Assembly: GCA_002269645.1 (NCBI GenBank)
Contig: NIVC01000019.1
Coordinates: 1,488,001-1,552,000, forward strand
Direction: 5' to 3'
Source: Macrostomum lignano
Taxonomy: Eukaryota
Length of the DNA stretch: 64,000 nt
This document shows, one piece after another, positions 1-12,200 of the stretch; position 1 is the stretch's first letter, and the number at the start of each line of letters is the position of its first letter. Both the position numbers and the translations under genes were made by a program. The notes under the pieces were generated by a model. The model did not search any database, was not told the origin of the DNA, and was given only the letters and a program-made list of their open reading frames with translations.

Positions 1-243
1 GGCCAAGGAGTGTCCCAGAGTTGTTTCATAAAATCGTTGCAGGTAAACTTAGGTAAAATAAACGACGCTAGAACGACGAGAGTCGCCCTAAGAGTCCATT
101 TGAAGCGTTTTATTGTCTGCGACTCTGGAACGACTCTGGGGCTGTAGAATCGCTGAGTTGCGTCTAAAGTGCATCTGCGCCACTTGATGAAATAGAATCG
201 CATTTTGCATTTATAACAATTCTGTTTAGTCTACTCAAGTTAG
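1..243 (+). mobile_element. Interspersed repeat family X, copy 1 (cut by the window start)
   Basis: GCTGTAGAATCGCTGAGTTGCGTCT..GCATCTG.GCCACTT..AGAATCGCATTT recurs at ~27190-27285 (+) and ~9100-9205 (-). The 5' part GGCCAA..GTCCCAGAG recurs at 14450-14570 (-). Confidence 0.6.
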
Positions 244-516
244 TGAAAATGGAAAATGGAAAATGGAAAATGGGCATTACGAATTGTTTCACTGGTTGCA
301 GGGCAGCTGTCACCTGGAATTACGGCAGTTTCCCCGCAACTAAACCTTATAACCTCGTCCCATACTCATAATCATAAGCAGCGGGTTTTTCTCAAAAATC
401 GTGGCTGGATTTTAATATGTCAATGCTTCTAACTACCAAAGACCATATTTGTATTTAACATGTACGAGTATTTTTTGCCATAGTTAACTTCCGTCGCATC
501 TTTAACTGCTCAACAG

Positions 517-1549
517 ACTGCAAGGCTACTTTTTGGACTACATGAATATCTACATTGTCATGGAGGACTATCGAGCAGGGGACTTGAATTCGGCTCTGAT
601 TCGCAGTTCATCTGTATTCCCAGGTCTACGCGAGGCTAAGATTTTGTCGGAGAAGGAAGCCCGTTTCCTAGCTGCTCAGCTAATTTCGGCAATTCACTAT
701 CTGCACTCGATAAATGTTATGCATCGCGACATTAAGCCGCAGAATGTGCTGCTCAAATTCAACGGCTACATGGTGCTCTGCGATTTCGGGTTCTCTAAAT
801 TAATGCGACAGGAGCACAGGTGAGTTTTTGGATGCAACGCGATTTAAATCGTGTTCAATATTTTGACGAAGGCTATACAATATAGTACTGCCAACTCATT
901 TCGTTTGTGTAACAGGACTTACTCGATTCTTGGTACTTGGGAATTCATGGCTCCAGAGATTCTTCGCAATCAAGGATACACCTACTGTGCTGATTTCTGG
1001 GGCTACGCCTGCATTCTGCATCAACTAGTTGCCGGCTGTCCACCTTATAAACGAGTTCCAAAGACTGGCAACGGACTTCACTTCGAGTATCGAAATCTTA
1101 TGCCACCAGTACCGTTCATCAGACGTGACTCGTTTAGTGTTCGCAGCTCTCAGTATACATGGGAGGAGTTTGATAAGCTAATGTTTGAAAGGCAAAGTAA
1201 AGTAAGTTCTTTGTTATCTGACTTGCTATTCCATTTGCTGCGATTGGATCCATATCAGCGATTAGGCAGCTCCGTAATAGTCGAGCGGAATCCTGATCGA
1301 ACAGGCTGTGGAGCCATGGAAATAATGTCTCATATGTGGTTCAAAGACATCGACTTTATCAAGCTACAAGAGCAAAGTATTCCAGCGCCATGGAAGCCAC
1401 GGTACTTTGAGTACACAAACGCATCTGAAAGTGACTGGATTCGTTTTGATGTGGTAGAACATGTCGATCCAAATAATACCGAGAGGCAGCCTCAAATGCG
1501 TTCAATCCAGCACAATGATCAGCTTTCAAAAATGTCTATAACAACTTGA
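517..1549 (+). CDS. AGC-family (PKA-like) Ser/Thr kinase, 5'-partial; exons 517-819 and 916-1549
   Basis: HRDIKPQN, DFG, GTWEFMAPE, DFW and a C-tail PAPWKP. GT-AG intron 820-915 joins ...HR|TYSILGT in frame. An acceptor (caacag) ends at 516. The N-lobe (Gly loop, VAIK) was not found in frame in 1-516. Confidence 0.8.
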
Positions 1550-2024
1550 AGATCAAAAACAGGTTGTAACAGATGTGTTAAGAACACGAAACAGTTGACT
1601 ACCTTTAAAATCATCGAGTTGTGCTTAAGCACAAAGATGAGAGTATCGTATTCAATTTAATGCTATTTTAACATAATCATGTGGTATGTGTTTCACTCTG
1701 CATTTCATTTCTAAATTTTACTAATGCTGTTACGCATAAAGCGTTTACAACGTGGTTCTTTTTATTTACACATTTAGTTTTTCATTTTCTTAGAAATAAA
1801 GTATTATCAAGCAACTGGCAAAACTGCCCTGAACAAACTGTCTGTTGATTTTAAAGTCAGTTAATGCTTGTCTTATCAACAAAACAGTACTGCACTAGAA
1901 CGTAAGATAAATAAGTATATTGAAGAAAAGACAGTATTAGTGTTTAACTGGTGTTAATGATATATATCTAACGATCTTATTGTTTGACAGTGACCATAAA
2001 ATTTCAAGTGAAACTATTTGAAAT

Positions 2025-5000
2025 ATGGCCACCCTACAGTCTATTGCATCAATTTCAAGTACAGTTGCTGTTCATAACACTACCTTTGGCCAAATCATAA
2101 AGGGTAGTAATGACGATGAATCTATTGCTAATGTGGGAGAAAATCCTGGTAAGTTTCTCTTGTTAATATTATAAATATAAATAGTACTATTTAAAAGCAA
2201 GGATTAGCTGATTTTCAGTCCATTGACCATTAAGAATTCCATTTTAACTACCCTGCTGGATTTATTAGTAATACCAATTGTAAAGATTCTTGATTATAGA
2301 GAAAAGTTGATTATTTAGTCATTTATAAGAATAGGTTATATGATATATTGTCTTTAAATTTTACTTATTTATAGAAAATTATGAGAAAAGTATATATGCA
2401 ACTCATGGGCAAGTTAAATAATTGACAATCTATTTATACTAGATTAGAATATATTAATTGAAATTTAAACACTACAACTACTAGGTCTATGAATATGATA
2501 GGCTAAGATTTTCTTAAATTATAGACAATAGTATACTTAGATAAGTTAGAATGGATCCAGGACTATTTGTCTGCCAGACTATTCATCTGCCCTGGGCAAA
2601 TGGCCAGTGGACTATTCGTCTGCCAGTGCTAAATAGTGGATGTGGTATTAATTGACATAGGTTTCTGGACACTTTGGTGACAAGATGCTTCGGTGACAGA
2701 TGTTTTAGTAACAAGTCATATTGGCAACAGACAGTTGCAGTAACTTATAGCATAGTAAGCTAGAGTTCCTAACTTTGTTATAGTCGTTTTAATGTATCAC
2801 TAAACAATCGATCTGGACTAATGCAGTAGTGCTATCTTATCTACTTTTCTAAACCATGCCATAGTAAAAAATGAAAGCCATTATATTGTAATCTACACAA
2901 ATGAAAGTACTCTGCTATTGAAAATGAATTTTAGATAGCCAATGCAACATTGTAATGCAATCACAGTACACTAGTGGCACGCGCCACCACCATAAAAAAT
3001 TCTAAAAAATTATAAACTTTTAGCAAAGCTAACTTTTTCTTCATTTTTAAAAATTCTAAAATATAATTGTTTGAAAAACTAGGTAAAACATTTTCCAATC
3101 TTCTTGCTCATTAATTAGCACAGCATCTCTTAAAGAGTTTTAAAACTTTTCAATTTGGACTGTTTGTCTGCCTATAGACAAATAGCTGGCAGATGAATAG
3201 TCTGGTACCCATTAGAATGTATTATTTAAAAATCTATTCTGTCTTTCCTAATAGCTTTATAACTTAAATTCATATTTAGCAATAAAAATAGATACTGTAT
3301 TATTTGTAAGTGATTTCAAAGCAGGAATATCAAATGAACTGTTTAAAAATAGATAAAATAGGTCTATACTTATTCTTAGTAATAAAAAAGAGTCAAAATT
3401 ATTTATAATCAATAAAGCAATACCAGGTCCTCTAGTAATTAAGGATTTTGTTATAATGCTATTGTTTTATTTCAACACAGAAATGTCCTGGGACAATGAC
3501 TGGAGCTGGGATGATGACGAACAACTAAATCAGGCTGCAGACTTGGTAGAAGATGCTGCAGCTAGCAATTTCAATATAGATTGGTCACATGAAGACATCA
3601 TGTACTCTTTATCTCCACTGGCTGATGTTGTTGTATTTGCCAACAGCAGCAACATTGTCTGTTTGAGACGTGAGTGAATTAATTTTTCTCAAAGAATATT
3701 TTGACAGTTTTCTTTTAGTAATAATTATGCAATTTTCTGTTTTCAGGTCACTTGGATGGAAATGAAGTTGCTTATCAACTGCTGTTTGATCATTTTCAGG
3801 CAGAGTCTCCATCTGTGTAAGCATTCTTTCTGAACCACAATGTTTTTAATTAATTGCTTTTAGTTATAGACAGTTATAGACATTTTTTTAATTTTGAATT
3901 TCAGGGGACCAATCACCAGCGTTCTTTGTCTTCCATTGGCTACACATAAGCAGTATGTCTTATAGAACTTTTAAATTTAAAAGCAGTGTGTTTGAATAGG
4001 TTGCATTTTTTAGCTTTCATTTAATTTTTTAGAAGTCTCCAGGGCTCACCAGAATGGACCTGCGTTATGATTGGTCACGAAAGTGGTCACGTGACATTTC
4101 TTGCTGAGGTAGATTGAAATCTTTAACGCACTGCTAAAATAAACGTTTTGTTGGAAACGTATAAATTTCTTTTTTACCTTTTGCACAGACTGGAGACCGA
4201 GTTCTCACTCAGTTCTGGCACAGCACTCCGGTGCAAGGCTTCAAGTACAACTCGTACAAAGCTGCCAGCCACAGCAACGAAAGGGACTCGGTGAGCGGCT
4301 TTACTGGAATCGAGAGATTGCTGCTTCGAAATCATGAACCCTCCCCAGATCCTCAGTTGCTGGGCCAGCCTCCAAGATCCTTAGTTGCTGGGCCAGCTTC
4401 CAAGATCCTCAGTTGCTGGGCCAGCCTCCCAGATCCTTAGTTGCTGGGCCAGCCTCCCAGATCCCCAGTTGCTGGGCCAGCCTCCAAGATCCTCAGTTGC
4501 TGGGCCAGCCTCCCAGATCCTTAGTTGCTGGGCCAGCCTCCCCAGATCCTCAGTTGCTGGGCCAGCCTCTAAGATCCCCAGTTGCTGGGCCAGCCTCCCA
4601 GAGTGTCAGTTGCTAGGCCAGCCTCCCAGATCCTCAGTTGCTGGACCAGCCTCCCAAATCCTCAGTTGCTGGGCCACCGTCAGCCTCCCAGATCCCCCCA
4701 GTTGCTGGGCCAGCCTCCCAGAGTGTCAGTTGCTGGGCCAGCCTCCCAGAGTGTCAGTTGCTGGGCCAGCCTCCCAGATCCTCAGTTGCTGGACCAGCCT
4801 CCCAAATCGTCAGTTGCTGGGCCAGCCTCCCAAATCCTGAGTTGCTGGGCCACCCTCCCAGATCCTCAGTTGCTGGACCAGCCTCCCAAATCGTCAGTTG
4901 CTGGGCCAGCCTCCCAAATCCTGAGTTGCTGGGCCACCGCCAGCCTCCCAGACCCCCCCCCCCCAGTTGCTGGACCAGCCTCCCAGATCCTTAGTTTCTG

Positions 5001-6071
5001 GTCCAGCCTCCCAGATCCCCAGTTGCTGGGCCACCCTCCGAGATCCCCAGTTGCTGGGCCAGCCTCCAAGATCCTCAGTTGCTGGACCAGCCTCCCAGGT
5101 CCTTAGTTGCTGGGCCAGCCTCCCAGATCCTTAGTTGCTGGGCCAGCCTCCCAGATCCTCAGTTGCTGGGCCAGCCTCCCAGATCCCCAGTTGCTGGGCC
5201 ACCCTCCGAGATCCCCAGTTGCTGGGCCAGCCTCCCAGATCCTCAGTTGCTGGGCCAGCCTCCCAGATCCTCAGTTGCTGGGCCAGCCTCCCAGATCCCC
5301 AGTTGCTGGGCCACCCTCCGAGATCCCCAGTTGCTGGGCCAGCCTCCAAGATCCTCAGTTGCTGGACCAGCCTCCCAGATCCCCAGTTGCTGGTCCAGCC
5401 TCCCAGATCCCCAGTTGCTGGTCCAGCCTCCCAGATCCCCAGTTACTGAGCTACAAGCCTTTTGAAATGAGTTAGCAGGATCACACGAAAGCTCTTCATG
5501 CCGCCCCCCAGCAAGAGGAGCTGAGCATTCTGCACACAGACGCACTGGTGGTGGTCGATGGCCAGTCACTCTGCCAGACTCTCAAAGCCTGTCGCAGTCA
5601 GCTTGCCAGAAGCGCATCTGGAGTCCAGCAGCAGCAACAACAACAGCAGCAGCAGCAGCCTCATCAGCAGCAGCAAGCGATGCAGCTGGCCTTCAAGAAG
5701 TGGGCCCTCCGCGATCAGCGCGAATTCGTCGACCACGCCAACCTGGGCCTGCGCAGGACCAACCCGTTCGACCAGCTGGTCACGGCCAGCTTGGTTGGCG
5801 GGCCCTACGCCACCATCCGGCCGACTCCGCCAGTCTATTCTGTGTTCGTCACTGCCGGCCAGTCACCCTTTGTTGGCTTCTTCTACGCATCCGAGGATCA
5901 GTGGCAGCCTCTGCTGTCCAACGCTACTGAGCTGGCGTTCGCTGTGGCTACCAAAGTCAAGTCCGCTCTGCTGTCTGCCGCCGCCTCCTGGCTTACTGGC
6001 GGCGGCTCTCAGGTCCGTCTGTCTGCCCGCCTGTGTGTCTGTCTGTCTGTCTGTCTGTCTGCCCGCCTGTG

Positions 6072-6102
<31 letters not shown>

Positions 6103-6103
6103 G

Positions 6104-6174
<71 letters not shown>

Positions 6175-6223
6175 GTCTGTCTGTGTGTCTGTCTGTCTGT
6201 CTGTCTGTCTGTGTCTGTCTGTG

Positions 6224-6282
<59 letters not shown>

Positions 6283-9200
6283 AAACTCACCCGTCGCACT
6301 GCCAACCCTCCAGGCCTCTCAGTCTGGCGGCCCAGATGCCACCGACGGCTCAGCCGATCGCCGCAAAGTGGAGCCGGCGACGCCGCTGTCCCTGCGCTAC
6401 GGCCTGATGGACAAGCGCCGCCAGGGCGTGGCCGTGGCCGTCTGCCCCTACGGCCGCTACTGCGCAGTCGTTGACGCGTTCGGCCGGGTGACTCTCGTCG
6501 GCCTGGAGGACGGCACGGCGCTTCGCATGTGGAAGGGATACCGGGGCGCTCAGGTGAGTTTCCGGTGACGGTCCCGGTTGAAATGCACCCTTTGTGGTGT
6601 ACCCATGTCACCTTATTTGGGGTGATTCTATCTGGATGCAGCTAGGGGTTAGCGAAGGTTAATCAAGGCCACCTGGAAGTGGTAATCCCTTTAGAGGTTG
6701 ACTACGGTAACCTATAATAGAAATTGTTAAATGAATAATAGAAAGGGATGACCCTATCTGATTACTCTAGGACGTCAATTAAGGACACCTATAAGGCATT
6801 ACTCTACCTAAGTACTTTAGGGGTCAAATAAGGACACCTAGAAGTGATTATCCTACGTGAATACTTTAGGGGTCAATTAAGGACACCTATAAATTATTAC
6901 CCTACATGAGTACTTTAGGGGTCAATTAAGGACACTTAGAAGTCATCATTTTAGGACTATCATAATTTGAGCAAAGCCGGTACGAATCGCACAGGTGGGC
7001 TGGGTGGCTGCCCAGGACACCTCCGGTAAGGGTGGCCGGGCCCTGTTCCTAGTCATCTACGCCAGTCGCCGCGGTCTGCTGGAAGTGTGGACCGCCTGCC
7101 ACGGGCCCCGGGTTGCCGCGTTCAATGTCAGTAGACAGGGCCGACTGCTCTACTGCCCGCACTCGCTGATGGGCCTGAGCAGTCTCAATGCGCGGCACTA
7201 CACTACCGGCTATTGCTACTTTCTGGACTCTAATCGGAGCATTAAAGCGGTTAATGTGCCATATCACCTGGCGTTTACCGATGCTAATAGTTATCAGGTG
7301 AGTTAACTGCGAAAGCTGCTCTAAAATTAGAAAAATACCGCCCCTGAAACACCTACTGGCCACTGGGAGAGTCGTACTAATACACCCATAGAGTCGGCAC
7401 CAAACTGCCCATAGAATCGGCACCAAACTGCCCATAGAATCGGCACCAAACTGCCCATAGAATCAGCACCAAACTGCCCATAGAGTCGGCACCAAACTGC
7501 CCATAGAATCGGCACCAAACTGCCCATAGAATCGGCACCAAACTGCCCATAGAATCGGCACCAAACTGCCCATAGAGTCGGCACCAAACTGGCCATAGAA
7601 TCGGCACCAAACTGGCCATAGAATCGGCACCAAACTGCCCATAGAATCAGCACCAAACTGCCCATAGAGTCGGCACCAAACTGCCCATAGAATCGGCACC
7701 AAACTGCCCATAGAATCGGCACCAAACTGCCCATAGAATCGGCACCAATCTGGCCATAGAATCTGCACCAAACTGCCCATAGAATCGGCACCAAACTGCC
7801 CATAGAATCGGCACCAAACTGCCCATAGAATCTGCACCAAACTGCCCATAGAATCGGCACCAAACTGCCCATAGAATCTGCACCAAACTGCCCATAGAAT
7901 CGGCACCAATCTGGCCATAGAATCTGCACCAAACTGCCCATAGAATCGGCACCAATCTGCCCATAAAATCGGCACCAAACTGCCCATAGAATCGGCACCA
8001 ATCTGGCCATAGAATCGGCACCAAACTGCCCATACATGTAGAACCGGCACCAAACTGCCCATAGAATCTGCACCAAACTGGCCATAGAGTCGGCCCTAAA
8101 CTACTCAATAAGCCTTCCTAAGTTATCTTTCGAATGGCCTCAAATCGCCTCATCAACTGGTCGCCAACTCCGCCGCAGACTCACGACACGGCCCTGCTGA
8201 AGCAGCTTCGCCAGACTCTGCGTGAATCGCCCGAGTTCACCGAGGCGGAGTCGCAGCGCCTGCGCCAGCAGCTGTCTCAGTTCCGATTGGTGAGCTACCT
8301 GGAGCAGGCGGTGGACAGGCTAATCGGCGCCAAGCAGATGACTCAGCCCGTGCTTGACGCCTGTCTAAGACAGGCGCTCGACATGCTGACAGGCACCGCT
8401 GGAAGTGGCGCGGCGCCGTGCCTGCCGGGCAGTTCGGCTGGTGAGCGCGCCAAGCTGGGCGCATTTGTGGCGAGTGAGCTGGAACTGCTGAATGCGTACA
8501 CTCTGGTACGGGCGGTGGCGGCTGACTCGGCTGAGACTGGAGCCTCGGGTCCGGGCGGCGCGGAGCTGGCGAGTCTGCCTCAGCCGGAGCGGCTTGGCGA
8601 TGACGTCAATCTGGCTATTGGGCGCCTATTCGCGCGCTTAGGAGAGAAATTGGCTGGCGCGCAAACTGGTGACTGCGCGGTGAGCAAGAGACACTTTTCT
8701 CTCTTACGAGAACCCTCGGTTAATCAATAAAAATTAAAACATTTAGAGTAAGAATCACTAAAGTCATTGCAAATAGCTCACTGGTGACTCTAGCGACTCT
8801 TGAGACTTTTTAACGACTGCAATGCGACTGTTGAGTCACGAGGGCATCACGCGAGTTGCAGAATCGGGAAAGAGTCGAGATTGGGCGGCGGGCCAGGGGT
8901 AGAGGTTCGGTGTGGAGTTTGAGGGTTTAAGCTGGGGGGGTAAGAGCCAATAAATGAGCCTTGTCTTTAAAAATACATTAAAATGCTTCAGTTTAACTTA
9001 CTACTGAACTGAAAGTAGCTTTCACGCAAAGGTGCTGAGTGGCCCATCTATGTAGTTATTCTAGTATCTGTGGTTGGTGCTTAACATTCTGTTAATTCAA
9101 GTAGGTTAAATAGAGTGGCTATCAATGCGAAATGCGATTCCAATTCATCAAGTGACGCAGATGCGCTTTAGAAGCAACTCAGCGATTCTGCAGCGACTCC

Positions 9201-12200
9201 AGCAGGGCCTGTGTACCGTTTTCATCGGTTAAGTTTGTAAATTCCTACTTCGACTCTGATCTGCTGTCACTTTTCAGCCCGAACCGGTGGCCTTGAAGCC
9301 GCCATTCAGTGTGCCCGCCTTTCTGAACATGTTCTTCTGTGTCATCGAGAAGGCGGCCCAGCAGCAGCAAGAGCAGCAGCAGGAGCAGCAACAACAACAG
9401 CAGTTCGTTGCCAGGGTGCAGTTCCGAGCCGAGGCCTCGCTCGAGGACAAGGCCAGGCTGGGCGAGTTTCTGGCCCAGAGCTACCTGGCTGGTCACGTGA
9501 CCCTGGAGGATCAGCTGGCCATCCTGCGGTGCGACCAGCTCACCGGGTGCGCGAGTTTTTAGTTTGCGATTGGCCATTTCGATCATTTCGACATTGTTGG
9601 CTCAGCTTCTCCCGTTGGACCTGTTATCCTCTTACGCAGCACCTGACTTCATCCTCGGTCTCCCATTGACCCAAGCTCTCCCATTGACCCAAGCTCTCCC
9701 ATTGACCCAAGCTCTCCCATTGACCCAAGCTCTCCCATTGACCCAAGCTCTCCCATTGACCCAAGCTCTCCCATTGACCCAAGCTCTCCCATTGACCCAA
9801 GCTCTCCCATTGACCCAAGCTCTCCCATTGACCCAAGCTCTCCCATTGACCCAAGCTCTCCCATTGACCCAAGCTCTCCCATTGACCCAAGCCCTCTTAT
9901 TGATCTATGCTCTCTCATTGACCCAAGCTCTCCCATTGACCCAAGCTCTCCCATTGACCCAAGCTCTCCCATTGACCTAAGCTCTCCCATTGACCCAAGC
10001 TCTCCCATTGACCCAAGCCCTCTCATTGACCCAAACTCTCCCATTGACCCAAGCTCTCCCATTGACCCAAGCCCTCTCATTGACCCAAGCTCTCCCATTG
10101 ACCCAAGCTCCCATTGACCCAAGCCCTCTCATTGACCCAAGCTCTCCCATTGACCCAAGCTCCCATTGACCCAAGCCCTCTTATTGCGGCAATTATTCAT
10201 CTTTATTAATCTCCTGCAATTATCATTAAGCCGCCGCTTGACCGGTGCTCAAATCCGACATTGTCCGTGGCAGATGCGGGGTCCTGCTGGAATCTCTGGC
10301 CTGCCACCTGCTGCTAGACTGGCGCCGGGCCTTTCTTTGCTCTGATTGGCTGGCCAGGTTCCGCCTCCTGTTTGCCGATGCGCTCCGCCTGCTGTCTATG
10401 GCCGAAGCTGGCGCCCCTGCGGCCGTCGCGGAGTGCCTGTGCGGCCTTGCCGCTTCGGCCGACCAGCCGCCGGGCGCCCTACTGCTCACGCTGCTGCTCA
10501 TCGACTGTGGCGGCGATTTTATCAATGATGAAGCAATTTGGGAGAAGCTGGACCAGCTGGCTATGAAGCTGAGGGACACCGAATCGCTGTGGCTGTGCAT
10601 GGATACTGAGCCGCTGTCTGTTAAAATGATTGAGCAGGTTTGTTTCTTTTTATTGGACCCAGGATCTTCCGATTGGATCCAAGATCTCCTATTGGACCCA
10701 AGATCTCCCATTGACCCAAGATCTCCCATTGACCCAAGAACTCCCATTGACCCAAGAACTCCCATTGACTCAAGATCTCCCATTGGACCCAAGATCTCCC
10801 ATTGACCCAAGATCTCCCATTGGACCCAAGATCTCCCATTGGACCCAAGATCTCCCATTGGACCCAAGATCTCCCATTGACCCAAGATCTCCCATTGGAC
10901 CCAAGATCTCCCATTGACCCAAGCTCTCCCATTGACCCAAGCTATCCCATTGACCCAATTGCTCTCCCATTGACCCAAGAACTCCCATTGACCCAAGATC
11001 TCCCATTGACCCAAGATCTCCCATTGACCCAAGATCTCCCATTGGACCCAAGATCTCCCATGAGACCCAAGATCTCTTATTGGACCCCAAGATCTCCCAT
11101 GAGACCCAAGATCTCTTATTGGACCCCAAGATCTCCCATTGACCCAAGCTCTCCCATTGACCCAAGCTATCCCATTGACCCAATTGCTCTCCCATTGACC
11201 CAAGAACTCCCATTGACCCAAGATCTCCCATTGACCCAAGCTCTCCCATTGACCCAAGCCCTCCCATTGACCCAATTGCTCTCCCATTGACCCAAGAACT
11301 CCCATTGACCCAAGAACTCCCATTGACTCAAGATCTCCCATTGGACTCAAGATCTCCCATTAGACACAAGATCTCACATTGGACTCAAGATCTCCCATTG
11401 GACTCAAGATCTCCCATTGGACTCAAGATCTCCCATTGGACTCAAGATCTCCCATTGGACTCAAGATCTCCCATTGGACTCAAGATCTCCCATTAGACAC
11501 AAGATCTCCCATTGGACTCAAGATCTCCCATTGGACTCAAGATCTCCCATTGGACTCAAGATCTCCCATTGGACTCAAGATCTCCCATTAGACACAAGAT
11601 CTCCTATTGGACTCAAGATCTCTCCTTGAACCCTTGTACAATGTGCCGAGGGTCAGACTGGTTTGCACACGTATAAAACGCCTCCCGGCACCGCACCCGA
11701 GCAGGGCAGCCGCGGCTTGGTCGGCGAGCTGCTGGCCCGTCGGCTGGTGGGCGCCGGCCTGGGCCCAGCGGACCTGGAGCGCTTCTTCCTGGACGAGTCG
11801 GCAGACGCGGACTTCGCGCTGGCCCACGCGGCCTTCCCGCTCAGCCTGCAGTTCGACGTGCTGGCCGCCAACTGCGCCTGGGAGGCCGGGCTGGCCTGGG
11901 TTCGAGAGCCGGACCGCTGCGACCGGCTGTCAGCCTGCCTGGCTTACATGGGCCTGCTGGGCAGCGGGTCCGGCTGCCTGAAGCAGGGCCTGAGCTCGAT
12001 GCTGTGGCACGTGCACTTCTGCAAACCGCTCCAGTCTCTGGCGTTCTTGGCCGATAAAGCTGGGCGACAGCCGGGCGATCGGGCGACACGGCGAGAGCTG
12101 GGCATGTCTGCCGCCGCCGCCTGCGAGTTCGCCGCCCTCATGGCCGACTTCCTCAGCGTGAGTTGTCGATATCTATTTACCTGCGACAGATCTAGCAGCC

